A stretch of DNA of 62,741 bases, filler included. It is 3 parts of 3 records of this genome, joined end to end, with 100 filler letters (N's around TTAATTAATTAA, not from the genome) between each part and the next. Parts side by side here need not be neighbours in the genome. Positions count along the whole stretch, not along the records: positions 1 to 31,785 come from SRR20825019_471; 2 more parts are not named here. One strand, 5' to 3'. Shown piece after piece: positions 10,628 through 20,968 of the stretch. Numbering within the stretch: the first letter of the stretch is position 1; every line of letters starts with the position of its first letter. The notes under the pieces were generated by a model, which did not search any database, had not been told where the DNA came from, and was given only the letters and a program-made list of their open reading frames with translations. Both the position numbers and the translations under genes were made by a program.

Positions 10628-11656
10628 ATGTTTCTACAATGGGTGCGTGTCGCGTTGAGTTTGGGGATGCTGGGGGGAGCAGTCTGGTCGCCTCTCCACG
10701 CGAATGATATGATAGAAACTATTGCTGGGAAGCTCTCAAGAGGTGACTACGATGGCGTCACCGGGGGAATGGTGAGCGTGGACGGCAAGCTCCTGTTCGA
10801 AGCTTACGTGGGCGGTAATGACGCCGATAAACGCCACGATGTTCGCTCAGCTACTAAAAGCATCACATCGCTACTGATTGGTGAGCTGGTTGAGGACGGC
10901 AGCCTTTCATCTGTGAACGTTAAAGTATCCAAGATACTACCGGATGAATTTGCGCATATGGCGAACGATGACCCGCGCCGGGGTATCCGGATCGAGGATA
11001 TTCTGACCATGCGCACAGGTCTTGCCTGTAACGACTGGGTGCCAGCGTCGCTTGGACAGGAAGATAAGATGTACAAAACCCGTGACTGGGCAGCATTCCT
11101 GCTGAGCCAGCCGCTTGCCCATGAGATTGGCGAACATTTCAGCTATTGCACAGGCGGTGTGGTGTTGCTTGGCCGCGCAATCGAGAAACTCAGTGGAATG
11201 GATGTGCCCTCATTCGCGGAGGAGAGGCTGTTTCGGCCCTTGGGCATAGTGGGTGCCAAGTGGGAGAAGACCCCGACCGGCCACACTGATACGGGTGGTC
11301 ACCTTCGGTTCAGCCTGCCAGACCTTCATAAGTTGGGTGTTTTGATGCTGAACATGGGCCGTGTTGGCGACACGCAGGTTGTGACGGAAGACTGGATCAA
11401 AGCCTCGACCAAGGAACACACCAATATTCATGAACGGCATGAGAGATACGGATATCTCTGGTGGCTCAACAGCGGTGAAGTGAAGGGCAAGGCGGTAAGC
11501 CTCATTTTTGCGCACGGCAACGGTGGCAATTTCATCTTCATTATGCCAGAGCTGAACCTTGTCGCGGCATTCACTGGGAAAAACTACGGCAAACCAACAC
11601 AGTTCATTCCGATGCAGATTCTGACCAAAGAGATTGTGCCCGCCCTTATCAACTAA
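10628..11656 (+). CDS. Serine hydrolase, beta-lactamase/class C-like family, secreted
   Basis: SxxK (SATK), FSY, YGYLWW and AHGNGG motifs; signal peptide. Confidence 0.88.
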   Translation: MFLQWVRVALSLGMLGGAVWSPLHANDMIETIAGKLSRGDYDGVTGGMVSVDGKLLFEAYVGGNDADKRHDVRSATKSITSLLIGELVEDGSLSSVNVKVSKILPDEFAHMANDDPRRGIRIEDILTMRTGLACNDWVPASLGQEDKMYKTRDWAAFLLSQPLAHEIGEHFSYCTGGVVLLGRAIEKLSGMDVPSFAEERLFRPLGIVGAKWEKTPTGHTDTGGHLRFSLPDLHKLGVLMLNMGRVGDTQVVTEDWIKASTKEHTNIHERHERYGYLWWLNSGEVKGKAVSLIFAHGNGGNFIFIMPELNLVAAFTGKNYGKPTQFIPMQILTKEIVPALIN

Positions 11657-13444
11657 CTATACGCCGACACCAAATTGAAGGTCAGCAAGCCGCTTATAAA
11701 GCCCGCCAGCGGCCACAAGCTCGTCATGGGTACCCTCGGCGACAATACGGCCTTCATCGAGCACCACGATGCGGTCTACCTTCTTTACGGTGGCAAGCCG
11801 GTGGGCGATCACAAGCGTGGTGCGCCCTTCCATCAGGTGTTCGAGCGCTTCCTGCACTTTTAGCTCAGATTCGGCGTCTAGTGCGCTGGTCGCCTCATCT
11901 AGCAGCAGAACGGGGGCGTCACGCAAAATGGCACGTGCAATGGCGATACGCTGGCGCTGCCCGCCTGAAAGCCGACTACCGCGCTCGCCAAGGAAGGTGT
12001 CATAACCCTCCGGCGCGCGCTCAATAAATTCTTTTGCTGCCGCAGCCTGAACAGCCCGTTTTACATCGTCGTCCGAAGCGTTCAGGCGGCCATAGCGGAT
12101 GTTCTCTGCGATCGTGTCCGCAAAAATGATGGTGTCTTGCGGCACAAAGGCGAGGTGCGAGCGGAAGTCCTGCGGTTCTGTGGTGGCGATATCTATGCCG
12201 TCCAGAGTTACGGAGCCCGATTGCGGGTCATAAAACCTGAGCAGCAACTGCAGGACGGTTGACTTGCCCGCGCCGGACGGCCCGACGAGCGCAACAGTCT
12301 CACCCGGTTTGACATGTAGGTTGAAACCGTCAAGTGCGGCTACGTCCTTTTTGCTGGGGTAATAGAACGTTACGTTATCGAAACGAATGTCGCCATTGAT
12401 GGCTGCCGGAAGCGCAACAGCGTTGGCGGGCGCCTTGATGGTTGCCTCAGCTGAAAGCAGCTCGGCCAGTCGCCCGGCAGCACCTGCTGCGCGTTGAAGC
12501 TCGCTATAGACCTCGGAAAGGGCACCAAATGCCCCTGCAACAAACACGGCGCGCATAATGAAATCAAGCATCTCGCCGCCGGTCATGCTACCTGCGATAA
12601 CGTCTTGCGCGCCTTCATAAAGCACAAGTGCGATGGCGCCGAAGATAAGGAAGATCATGGCGAAGGTTAAACCTGCACGAACCTGTATACGACGCTTCGC
12701 CGCGACAAAGGCGTCGTCTACATGCTCGCCAAAGCGTCTGGCTTCGGCTTTTTCCTGTGTGAAGGCCTGTACGATATTGAGGGCGGAAAGCGATTCGCCC
12801 GCGCGGGCGCCCACGTCGGCCACTTTGTCCTGGCTGGTGCGGGACAGGTCGCGCACACGCCTCCCAACCACAATGATGATGCCGAGCAGCAGCGGGATCA
12901 CCACAATGATATAGCTCATCAGCTTTGGCGACATGACGAAAAGCCAGATGGTGCCAGCAATAGCGATCAGAAAATTACGCGCCCAGACAGATACGCTGGA
13001 GCCGACAATGGTTTGAACAAGCGTTGTATCTGCCGTTAGCCGGGAGACGATCTCACCGGGGCGGTTTTCCTCAAAAAATTCAGGCGACAGGGTGATTAGG
13101 CGCTCATAGACAGCTTTGCGGATGTCAGCCACAACACGCTCGCCCAACCATGTCACAAAATAAAAGCGGCAGGCGGTGGCAACGGCCATCACGCTTACAA
13201 TGCCAACAAATACGAGGAAATAATCGTTCACTTTCTGCGCATTATCTGCCGAAAAGCCTTTGTCCACGATATCGCCAAGGGCGGTGGGGACAATGAGGAC
13301 AGTGAGTGCTGCGATAATGAGAAAGAAGGATGCTAGCACCAGCTGGAGCTTATAGGGCCGGACGAACGACCAGAGCGTACGCAGGTTGGAGAGTTTACCC
13401 TTGGGTGGTTCGTGCTCCTGGCGCACGGCAGAATCAGTCATCAT
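11657..13444 (-). CDS. MsbA-related ABC transporter (fused permease/ATPase)
   Basis: TM domain, Walker [25 protein letters not shown] and IAHRL motifs. Confidence 0.93.
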   Translation of the reverse strand: MMTDSAVRQEHEPPKGKLSNLRTLWSFVRPYKLQLVLASFFLIIAALTVLIVPTALGDIVDKGFSADNAQKVNDYFLVFVGIVSVMAVATACRFYFVTWLGERVVADIRKAVYERLITLSPEFFEENRPGEIVSRLTADTTLVQTIVGSSVSVWARNFLIAIAGTIWLFVMSPKLMSYIIVVIPLLLGIIIVVGRRVRDLSRTSQDKVADVGARAGESLSALNIVQAFTQEKAEARRFGEHVDDAFVAAKRRIQVRAGLTFAMIFLIFGAIALVLYEGAQDVIAGSMTGGEMLDFIMRAVFVAGAFGALSEVYSELQRAAGAAGRLAELLSAEATIKAPANAVALPAAINGDIRFDNVTFYYPSKKDVAALDGFNLHVKPGETVALVGPSGAGKSTVLQLLLRFYDPQSGSVTLDGIDIATTEPQDFRSHLAFVPQDTIIFADTIAENIRYGRLNASDDDVKRAVQAAAAKEFIERAPEGYDTFLGERGSRLSGGQRQRIAIARAILRDAPVLLLDEATSALDAESELKVQEALEHLMEGRTTLVIAHRLATVKKVDRIVVLDEGRIVAEGTHDELVAAGGLYKRLADLQFGVGV

Positions 13445-13656
13445 TACTTCCCTATGAATTACCCGGCAGATATAGGGCTGCAGAGGCGCCATGCCAATCA
13501 ACGTTTTTGAAAAACTTGCTATTTGCCTGTAATAAGGGGCAGAAGAGCGTCCTCAGGATGGAAAAATCCGGTATTTGTCCAAAAAGCCGAGAAACAGCCT
13601 TGCAAAGGGGTGAAACATCCGCTAAACGGACGCCTCGTTTTCGGAGATTAAAGACC

Positions 13657-13881
13657 ATGAAACAAGACATTCATCCCGACTACCACACAATCAAAGTGGT
13701 AATGACCGACGGGACGACTTTTGAGACCCGCTCAACTTGGGGCTCGGAGGGCGATACAATGACACTCGAGATTGACCCGAAATCCCACCCGGCTTGGACC
13801 GGTGGCGCCCGCCAGGTACTTGAAGGTGGCCGTGTGGCTCGCTTCAACAAGCGGTTCGGTGGATTTTCTCTTAAGAAGTAA
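13657..13881 (+). CDS. rpmE: 50S ribosomal protein L31 (Zn-free, Cys-less form)
   Basis: MKQDIHPDY...SHPAWTG...[10 protein letters not shown]. Confidence 0.96.
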   Translation: MKQDIHPDYHTIKVVMTDGTTFETRSTWGSEGDTMTLEIDPKSHPAWTGGARQVLEGGRVARFNKRFGGFSLKK

Positions 13882-13906
13882 GTCATTCCCGTACTTTAGT
13901 TTTTCG

Positions 13907-13936
13907 AAAAAGGCGTCCCATTGGGGCGCCTTTTTT
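13907..13936 (+). terminator. Intrinsic terminator after rpmE
   Basis: AAAAAGGCGTCCC-att-GGGGCGCCTTTTTT hairpin. Confidence 0.8.
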
Positions 13937-13947
13937 GCATGTCGCCT

Positions 13948-13976
13948 CTTGCAGAAATTATCTGCCATTCCTACAT
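13948..13976 (+). promoter_or_regulatory. Putative RpoH (sigma32) promoter of ibpA
   Basis: CTTGCA-N16-CCTACAT, close to the alphaproteobacterial RpoH consensus CTTGAA-N16-CCTATAT, upstream of a small heat-shock gene. Confidence 0.7.
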
Positions 13977-13984
13977 GAGATTTG

Positions 13985-14079
13985 TCCGGTCGCCGCATAG
14001 GTGGGGCCGGGAAATTGAGTTGGCCTGGCAATGGTTGCAGGCCGTTAAATCAGTCGCTTCTGAAGGAGGACATGACATG
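13985..14079 (+). promoter_or_regulatory. ROSE-like RNA thermometer in the ibpA 5' UTR
   Basis: UCGCU motif just 5' of the AGGAGG SD (gTCGCTtctgAAGGAGGac); upstream GC-rich hairpins. Confidence 0.6.
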
Positions 14080-14535
14080 AGAACTTTTGACCTTTCCCCA
14101 TTAATGCGCAGCAGCGTGGGCTTCGATCACCTGAACAGGTTGCTTGATTCGGCCCTGAATACGGAACAGGCTGCGCCTTATCCCCCATACAATATTGAAA
14201 AATTGAGCGATGACGACTATCGCGTCACCATGGCTGTGGCCGGTTTTGCACCGGACGAGCTGACGGTGACCGTGCAAGAAGGCACCTTGTTGATTGCCGG
14301 GAGGGCGGCAGATGATGACAAGGAAAGACGCTTCCTGCACCGCGGCATCGCCAAACGCGCCTTTGAGCGCCGGTTTGAGCTTGCAGACACCATTCAGGTT
14401 GGTAACGCCAAATTCGAGAACGGCTTATTGCTGGTAGAGTTGAAGCGCGTGATCCCTGATCACAAGAAACCTCGTCAGATTGAGATCCGTACGGACGAAA
14501 ATGCCGTAAAACAGATTGAAGCTGACGCAGCGTAA
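14077..14535 (+). CDS. ibpA: Small heat-shock protein (Hsp20, IbpA class)
   Basis: MRTFDLSPL..SVGFD, YPPYNIE and LHRGIAKRAFERRF motifs. Confidence 0.95.
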   Translation: MRTFDLSPLMRSSVGFDHLNRLLDSALNTEQAAPYPPYNIEKLSDDDYRVTMAVAGFAPDELTVTVQEGTLLIAGRAADDDKERRFLHRGIAKRAFERRFELADTIQVGNAKFENGLLLVELKRVIPDHKKPRQIEIRTDENAVKQIEADAA

Positions 14536-14666
14536 CGCGTTTCTCGCTCTTTAAGTTTCCTCCACGACCCCTCGCTGTCGTGTACCTCACGTGAGGACCG
14601 GGCCATTCCTCCCCCTGAACCCCGCCCTGTCCTCACGTTTTTTCACAAGTTGCACTCGTTGCCCTG

Positions 14667-14861
14667 TCAGGTTTTGAAAAAGGCTTGGGCGGCCTCGCGG
14701 CTGGCTTTTTTGGCCTTCATTTCCTTCTGGGTGCGATCAATTTCAGCCTCAAGGCGTTCAATGCGCAGCTCAAGCTCTTCCGCGCTGATGGTGGACAGGT
14801 CTTCCCGCTCCACGGCGGTGAGCGGGCTATCTTTTTTTACTGGCAGGTCATCAAAATCCAT
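14667..14861 (-). CDS. DUF1192 family small protein
   Basis: EDLSTISAEELELRI..LEAEI.R ... REAAQAFFK pattern; divergent from the quinone oxidoreductase. Confidence 0.8.
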   Translation of the reverse strand: MDFDDLPVKKDSPLTAVEREDLSTISAEELELRIERLEAEIDRTQKEMKAKKASREAAQAFFKT

Positions 14862-14965
14862 CGCAGATCTCCCTTTTCGGTCGTTTGTCCATGATGCCGA
14901 AGAAGCTGGCCCTTGTCACGCATGCCTTAACGCCCCACCTTGAGAGAAAGCGTTAGGAGAGGCAT

Positions 14966-15955
14966 GTGAAAGCTATTGAAATTAAAACACCGGGTGGACC
15001 GGAGGTCCTAACCCTTACCGAACGGGACAGGCCTGAAGCTGGCCCCGGTGAAGTGTTGATCAGGGTTCGTGCAGCGGGCGTTAACAGGCCCGATATCGTG
15101 CAACGCGAAGGGCGGTATCCACCCCCGCCGGGCGCTTCTGATATCCCGGGCCTTGAGGTTTCTGGTCAGGTTGTTGCCGTTGGAGGGCAGGTTTCAGGCC
15201 TCGCTGTGGGCGATAAAGTATGCGCGCTTGTGCCGGGCGGCGGCTACGCAGAATATTGTGTTGCACCCGCAGCCACAACATTACCGTTACCCGAAGGGTT
15301 TGACTTCATTAAAGGCGCTGCGATTCCGGAGACATTTTTCACTGTGTGGTCCAACCTGTTTGACCGTGCGGCTTTGAAGGCGGGCGAAAGCTTGTTGGTA
15401 CATGGGGGCTCGAGCGGTATCGGCTCGACCGCAATCCAGCTGGCTAAGGCCTTTGGCGTGAAAGTTTTCACCACTGTGGGGACGCCGGAGAAAGCCAAGT
15501 TCTGCATAGAATTGGGCGCAGACTGCGCGATCAACTACCGGGAAGAGGACTTTGAAGAGCGCGTGCTGAAAGAAACTGGCGGTGCGGGCGTGAACGTGGT
15601 GCTGGATATGGTGGGCGGTGATTATATCGCCAAAAACATTGCGTGCCTCACACCAGACGGCCGCCATGTTTCCATCGCGTTCCTGACAGGTCCGCAGGTG
15701 AGCCTGAATATGCTGCCGGTGATGCTGAAACGCCTTACCTTGACTGGTAGCACGCTTCGGCCGAGAGATAATGCGTTCAAGGGGGCGATTGCGAACGCGC
15801 TTCGGGATAAGGTTTGGCCGATGATGAAGGTGGGCGGCCCCGCGCCTGTTATCAGTGCGGTATTCCCGCTTGAGAAGGCATCGGATGCCCACGCGATGAT
15901 GGAGGCCAGCACGCATATGGGTAAAATTGTTCTTGAGGTGCCAGAATCAGCCTAA
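14966..15955 (+). CDS. NAD(P)H-quinone oxidoreductase, PIG3 family
   Basis: GVNRPD, PGLEVSG, HGGSSGIG and TGSTLR motifs. Confidence 0.92.
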   Translation: MKAIEIKTPGGPEVLTLTERDRPEAGPGEVLIRVRAAGVNRPDIVQREGRYPPPPGASDIPGLEVSGQVVAVGGQVSGLAVGDKVCALVPGGGYAEYCVAPAATTLPLPEGFDFIKGAAIPETFFTVWSNLFDRAALKAGESLLVHGGSSGIGSTAIQLAKAFGVKVFTTVGTPEKAKFCIELGADCAINYREEDFEERVLKETGGAGVNVVLDMVGGDYIAKNIACLTPDGRHVSIAFLTGPQVSLNMLPVMLKRLTLTGSTLRPRDNAFKGAIANALRDKVWPMMKVGGPAPVISAVFPLEKASDAHAMMEASTHMGKIVLEVPESA

Positions 15956-16141
15956 AAACGTGTATCTGGGCCCGAAACGGCTCATTATTCGCGGTGACAG
16001 GCGCTTTCTGACCTGTTAAAGAGGGGCATGGGAGAAATTCCTCCCGCCCCTTTCAGGAACATTATGATCTTTCCGGGAGGGCAGGTGAACGAGGCGTTTA
16101 CCTGGGCGGAGAAGAATTCTGTAATTTGTAGGGATACTGGG

Positions 16142-16771
16142 ATGACACAACCTTTGATGCCGATGGCCACAGCCGTGTGGCTTGTAGACAATACAGCACT
16201 GACGTTCAAGCAGATCGCGCTGTTTTGCCAGATGCACGAGCTTGAAGTGCAGGGCATTGCAGATGGCACGGTTGGCACAAATATTGTTGGGCAAGACCCG
16301 ACAGCAAGTGGCCAGCTGACCTGGGACGAGATCAACCGCTGCCAGAAAGACGCGAGCGGCGTATTGAAGCTTAGCGTGGATGATGTGAAGGCAATGCCGC
16401 GCACAAAAGGCCCACGCTATACGCCTGTTTCCAAGCGGCAGGACAAGCCGGATGCGATTGCGTGGCTGGTGCGTCACCATCCTGAGCTGAGCGACCTGCA
16501 AATCAGCCGTCTTGTGGGCACCACGAAGCCGACCATCTCGGCTATTCGTGACCGTAGCCACTGGAATATCCAGAACATCAAACCGCAGGATCCTGTTGGT
16601 CTTGGCCTATGCCGCCAAACGGAACTTGACGAAGCGGTTCGCAGCGCTGCAGAGCGCCGTCGTAAAGCGGATGAGAAGGCAGGTATTGTCAGCGCTGACG
16701 AAGCGGTGGAAGAAGATTCCGTCGTGCGGGTTGACCCTCCGGCACCGGAGCCGACAGGCGACGAAAGCTAA
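16142..16771 (+). CDS. trcR: DUF1013 cell-cycle transcriptional regulator TrcR
   Basis: PLMPMATAVWLVDNT, RYTPVSKRQDKPDAI and GTTKPTI motifs. Confidence 0.88.
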   Translation: MTQPLMPMATAVWLVDNTALTFKQIALFCQMHELEVQGIADGTVGTNIVGQDPTASGQLTWDEINRCQKDASGVLKLSVDDVKAMPRTKGPRYTPVSKRQDKPDAIAWLVRHHPELSDLQISRLVGTTKPTISAIRDRSHWNIQNIKPQDPVGLGLCRQTELDEAVRSAAERRRKADEKAGIVSADEAVEEDSVVRVDPPAPEPTGDES

Positions 16772-16796
16772 GGGAAACCAAGGCAATTGCTTAAAC

Positions 16797-16829
16797 AAAA
16801 AGCGCGAGGCATATACCTCGCGCTTTTTT
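16797..16829. terminator. Bidirectional terminator
   Basis: AAAAAGCGCGAGG-catata-CCTCGCGCTTTTTT between convergent genes. Confidence 0.8.
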
Positions 16830-16846
16830 GTCATCTGGAAATCCGG

Positions 16847-17014
16847 TTAATGCTTAACAAATCGGGACATTTCCTCTTTCAGCCGGAGCTTTTGTTTTTT
16901 AAGCTCCGCGAGCCGTATCGTGTCTGGACACGGTCGATGTTCTTCACGGGCGATGATCTCTTCAATTTCAGCATGTTTGGCGTTGAGTGAATTAACATGC
17001 GATTCTAGGTTCAT
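16847..17014 (-). CDS. YdcH/DUF465 family small protein (55 aa, not in the ORF track)
   Basis: Manual translation MNLESHVNSLNAKHAEIEEIIAREEHRPCPDTIRLAELKKQKLRLKEEMSRFVKH; AAGGAG RBS. Confidence 0.88.
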   Translation of the reverse strand: MNLESHVNSLNAKHAEIEEIIAREEHRPCPDTIRLAELKKQKLRLKEEMSRFVKH

Positions 17015-17168
17015 ACCCGTCACTCCTTTTCTTTGATAGTTGGACTATACATTTCATCATTCTGTCACGAAGTTGTCACGGAAAAGATTGGCCTCATCTG
17101 ACTAAGCCTGTATCTTCGGGCACTTAGCAAAAGCGGATTTTTTAGCCTTTGAAGGATTATTGCGCGGA

Positions 17169-17756
17169 ATGCCTGAGACTCGAACAAACAGACTGGTGAT
17201 CGCGATCACGGGCGCAAGCGGTGCAGCTTATGGTGTCCGTATGCTGGAGCTTTTGAAGCCCGAGGATGTGGAGACCCATCTGGTGATCTCGAAGGCAGGG
17301 GAGCGCACGATTTCCGAAGAGCTAGATAAAACATCCAAAGAAATCAAGGCGCTAGCAGATGTGGTCTATCCGGCAGCAGATATTGGTGCGGCGATCGCAA
17401 GCGGCAGTTTCAAGACCATGGGCATGCTTATTGCGCCGTGTTCGGTGAAAACCATGGGCGAGGTTCGCACCGGGCTTACTTCGTCGCTGATCAGCCGGGC
17501 GGCGGATGTGATGCTGAAAGAACGCCGCAGGCTGGTGCTGATGGTTCGGGAAACACCCTTTCATCTTGGGCACTTACGCACCATGACGGCACTGTCTGAA
17601 ATGGGCGCTATTATCATGCCGCCGATGCCAGCGCTTTATGCAAAACCCAAAACCATTGACGAAATGGTGACTTATACCGCCGTGCGGGCGCTTGATCTTT
17701 TCGGGCTTGATGTCGGTGATATCAACCGTTGGGGCGAGGGGGGTGAAGGGAAATAA
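17169..17756 (+). CDS. ubiX: Flavin prenyltransferase
   Basis: ITGASGA, IASGS, APCSVKT, RAADV.LKERR and RETP motifs. Confidence 0.93.
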   Translation: MPETRTNRLVIAITGASGAAYGVRMLELLKPEDVETHLVISKAGERTISEELDKTSKEIKALADVVYPAADIGAAIASGSFKTMGMLIAPCSVKTMGEVRTGLTSSLISRAADVMLKERRRLVLMVRETPFHLGHLRTMTALSEMGAIIMPPMPALYAKPKTIDEMVTYTAVRALDLFGLDVGDINRWGEGGEGK

Positions 17757-17838
17757 CGCCACACCGCCACATATTCCGGGTGAAACTGTGACGGTTTTTG
17801 TGGCGCGACTGTGGCGTAAAATTCCGGTGTCCGAAGGC

Positions 17839-18579
17839 TTATTGAGGGGTTAAAAGCTGCATGCAATAGTCTGGCACCTTGATCTCATCGTCGCCGGTAC
17901 GGCTGAAAACCAAATCACTGAAATGTCCGCTGCTTACCAGTTTTTCCCCTTCATACATCTCAAAGCGGAATGGCCACATCACCCCGTCTATACGGCGATA
18001 CTCAAACTCGCGCCCGTATGACTTGCCACCAAACCACAGCGCGCTGATCAGGCTGGTTTCCGGGTCGATACCAATATGGAACCCCTTCCAGCCAGGGCGA
18101 TAGATGTTGTACCAATCAAGGCCCGCGTATGGCGCTGTTGTCGGCGCGCCGGGGTCTGCGGGCGCGAGAATCGTCTGGCTGTCGCTCAGGAGAAACAGGA
18201 AGTTGCTGTAGAGCGAACGCATCATGCGGTTTTCTTCCGCCTCTGGTAGCGGCGCGCAATGTCCGCCAATGAAGCTGTATCCGCGCCCGGCGCCTGCAAT
18301 CTTGCGCTCTAACCCGCCTTCGCTGGTTTCTTCTTTGGCGATTGCCTTGTTCTGGAAGTCATAGTGCATATCAGCGACATGAGGCAGCTTGTCCCCCGGG
18401 TTGCGGGTGTAAAGCCGCATCCGGGCGGACGTCAGGGACATCAATGCCTCCCCACCATGCGCCGCCCGCATCTGGGCGAGCATCTCAGACGGTGTCGCCG
18501 CTGCGGTCACATGAGGGCCAGCAAACAAGCTTGAAAAGGCGAGCAGTACGCCCGCGAAAATCCGAACAGAAATCATCAT
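17839..18579 (-). CDS. Hypothetical secreted protein (beta-rich, possibly LolA-like fold)
   Basis: Signal peptide; AAHGG.AL N-terminal motif and EYRRIDGVMWPF. Confidence 0.6.
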   Translation of the reverse strand: MMISVRIFAGVLLAFSSLFAGPHVTAAATPSEMLAQMRAAHGGEALMSLTSARMRLYTRNPGDKLPHVADMHYDFQNKAIAKEETSEGGLERKIAGAGRGYSFIGGHCAPLPEAEENRMMRSLYSNFLFLLSDSQTILAPADPGAPTTAPYAGLDWYNIYRPGWKGFHIGIDPETSLISALWFGGKSYGREFEYRRIDGVMWPFRFEMYEGEKLVSSGHFSDLVFSRTGDDEIKVPDYCMQLLTPQ

Positions 18580-18655
18580 TACCTCAACATTAAAGCGTGA
18601 GGCTTATGGAAACCCTGATTAGGCCGCGTCTCAAGCGCGGTGCGATGAACAGGGG

Positions 18656-19189
18656 CTAAGGCACGCCGGGTCGCACCACTTGTTGTGCACCAGCCAAAAG
18701 CGGGGAGAGCAAGTGTTCTGACAATCCACACTCATAGGCATATGAAGTCAGGTGTTGGCCTCGGGCTCCTAGCGGTGTTTCGCTAACTTCAACCCCACTC
18801 ATGCAGGCGATCAATGCTTTCTGGGCGCGTTTTTCAATTTCCAGTTCCTGCGCCAGAAATTCCCGATATCCGCTGCCACCTTTCATGCCATTCCGTATCT
18901 CGCGTAGCGGGCCCAAAATCTCCGTCTGCCAGAGGTGCGATGTGTTACCGAGCGCCACTGACGTCTCGTTTGGAAGCGCCACACGGTGGCAATCACACCA
19001 CAGGTACAGAAGCATCAGGTTTATATCTGCACCAAAGCTGTTCTGTGCCTCAAGGCAAATGTCTTTCACGCCTGGTTTCCCATAAACCTCTAAAGCGAAG
19101 TGCCAGAAAATATCCGGGTCATGAACCAGCTTGTGAATAATATCAGGGGCTTGCACGTCAGGCCTCTCTTCCTTGTGGTGATCGGTCAT
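18656..19189 (-). CDS. TIGR02444 family protein
   Basis: FWHFALEVYGKPGV..CL.AQ..G.DINLML motif. Confidence 0.85.
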   Translation of the reverse strand: MTDHHKEERPDVQAPDIIHKLVHDPDIFWHFALEVYGKPGVKDICLEAQNSFGADINLMLLYLWCDCHRVALPNETSVALGNTSHLWQTEILGPLREIRNGMKGGSGYREFLAQELEIEKRAQKALIACMSGVEVSETPLGARGQHLTSYAYECGLSEHLLSPLLAGAQQVVRPGVP

Positions 19190-19233
19190 GCTATAACGGC
19201 GTACTTTGGGAAAATCGGGTTTTGAGGCAGTTG

Positions 19234-19431
19234 ATGGACGAGGATGACATCCGGGGGCAGATGGCGGTTCTCATGCAGGAACACAGGGATCTTGATGATG
19301 CCATCACTGCAGTAACGCGTGCGGGTACATTCGATCTGTTGCAGGTGCAGCGGCTCAAGAAGCGGAAGCTGATGCTCAAGGATGAGATCGCCAAGCTCAA
19401 GAATATGCTGGTGCCGGATATCATTGCCTAA
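19234..19431 (+). CDS. YdcH/DUF465 family protein
   Basis: EHRDLDDAI...QRLKKRKLMLKDEI...PDIIA. Confidence 0.9.
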   Translation: MDEDDIRGQMAVLMQEHRDLDDAITAVTRAGTFDLLQVQRLKKRKLMLKDEIAKLKNMLVPDIIA

Positions 19432-19461
19432 ACGGGTAATGCCCAAAACGTGTGGTGGCGT

Positions 19462-20202
19462 CTAGCGCACACCGTCCTCGCCTTTTTGTTCCTTTTTATT
19501 CTCATACATAGCTTTGTCAGCCTTATCGAGCGCATCGTCCGGCTGGTCGCCAGACCGGAAGGTATAGGTGCCATAAGCAAGGCTCATGTCGATGGTCTCA
19601 CTGTCTAGCGGAAGAGGGTGGGAGGCGATAAGCTCGGCAAGCGACGCAGCTTTTTCCGCGCCGACATTCTCATCAGCCTGCGCGAGGATCACCCCAAACT
19701 CGTCACCGCCAAGGCGGCCAATCACGTCGGTGCCGCGCACATTCTCAGCCAACAGGCGTGCAACATGAAAAAGCGCCTTGTCGCCCGCTTCATGGCCATA
19801 ACGGTCGTTGATCTGTTTCATGTCATTCAGGTCAATGAACATGAGCGTTGAAGGCGCGCCGTAGCGTTCCGCGAACGAGATCATGCGGTTCAGCTCGCGC
19901 ACAAATGCCCGCCTGTTGGGCACGGGCAGCAAGGCGTCGGTATCTGCCACGTCTTCCATTTCGCGCAGGCGGCGCTGGGTATGATCGAGCTCACGGCGGA
20001 GTTTATCCACCTCTTCCATCAGCGACATGATCGCCCGCTGCACGCGTGGGGTCATCTCCTCGGGTGGAATTGTGCTCACATTTACGGTGTCGTCAATTTG
20101 CCGGGGTGCGCTGGCGCTGGTTGCGCTACTTGTTGATGATGTCCGCCGGACCTCCCGCGTGGGTGCTGTACGTGAAACACCGGGTGTATTGGTAATCTTC
20201 AT
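19462..20202 (-). CDS. Diguanylate cyclase (GGDEF with intact RxxD I-site)
   Basis: [16 protein letters not shown] and RGTD-x5-GGDEF motifs. Confidence 0.92.
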   Translation of the reverse strand: MKITNTPGVSRTAPTREVRRTSSTSSATSASAPRQIDDTVNVSTIPPEEMTPRVQRAIMSLMEEVDKLRRELDHTQRRLREMEDVADTDALLPVPNRRAFVRELNRMISFAERYGAPSTLMFIDLNDMKQINDRYGHEAGDKALFHVARLLAENVRGTDVIGRLGGDEFGVILAQADENVGAEKAASLAELIASHPLPLDSETIDMSLAYGTYTFRSGDQPDDALDKADKAMYENKKEQKGEDGVR

Positions 20203-20306
20203 AAATAACCTGCGGTCCGTGGCAAATAATACTCTTCTAAAGCATTATGCCGCTATTGGGAATCGACTTGCAAGCTTGGGCTTGAAAATCATCGCCCTAA
20301 CGCCCC

Positions 20307-20340
20307 TTGCAATCACAATCCGCCTGCCTATAATGCGCGC
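20307..20340 (+). promoter_or_regulatory. Putative sigma70 promoter of purEK with GC-rich discriminator
   Basis: TTGCAA-N16-TATAAT-GCGCGC. Confidence 0.6.
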
Positions 20341-20416
20341 TCCGCAAGCCGGTGCCGTACTGATTGGCACGAAAGAGTGCCCGGCCCCTTGCATACTCGT
20401 GAGCGTGAGGACAGGC

Positions 20417-20914
20417 ATGACGAGCGAACGTCCCCTTGTTGGTATCATTATGGGTAGCCAGTCTGACTGGCCGACGATGAAACACGCTGCGGAAGCGCTT
20501 GACGGGCTTGGTGTGGCTTACGAGACCAAGATTGTCTCCGCACACCGCACACCAGACAGGCTCGTTGAATATGCGAAATCTGCGAAAGGCCGTGGGCTTA
20601 AATGCATTATCGCGGGCGCAGGCGGTGCTGCACACCTGCCAGGCATGGCAGCGGCGATGACACCTCTGCCGGTTTTTGGCGTACCGGTACAGTCCAGCAT
20701 GCTTTCCGGCAAAGACAGCCTGCTCTCGATTGTACAAATGCCTGGCGGTGTGCCAGTAGGCACGCTGGCGATTGGCAAGGCAGGCGCGAAAAACGCGGGC
20801 CTTCTTGCAGGTGCAGTTATTGCCCTGATGGATGATGCAGTAGCTGCAAAGCTGGATGACTTTCGTGCAGCGCAAACCGAAAGCGTTGCCATCGATCCGG
20901 TGGATGAAAGCTAA
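20417..20914 (+). CDS. purE: N5-CAIR mutase
   Basis: [25 protein letters not shown] and QMPGGVPV motifs. Confidence 0.97.
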   Translation: MTSERPLVGIIMGSQSDWPTMKHAAEALDGLGVAYETKIVSAHRTPDRLVEYAKSAKGRGLKCIIAGAGGAAHLPGMAAAMTPLPVFGVPVQSSMLSGKDSLLSIVQMPGGVPVGTLAIGKAGAKNAGLLAGAVIALMDDAVAAKLDDFRAAQTESVAIDPVDES

Positions 20915-20968
20915 GGCGCGATAGGCGCAAGCTGATAAAGATTTAACACAAAGGCAAAGAGCGTCGAC

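Noticed and set aside
10628-11656. Bona fide beta-lactam resistance gene (also 44171-45289)
   Set aside because: SxxK serine hydrolases without the AmpC KTG motif; esterase or amidase activity is as likely
13330-14076. N-terminal extensions of rpmE and ibpA given by the ORF track (likewise fbaA 1579, purE 20027, trcR 16028)
   Set aside because: They run through promoters, terminators or neighbouring genes; RBS and homology place the starts downstream
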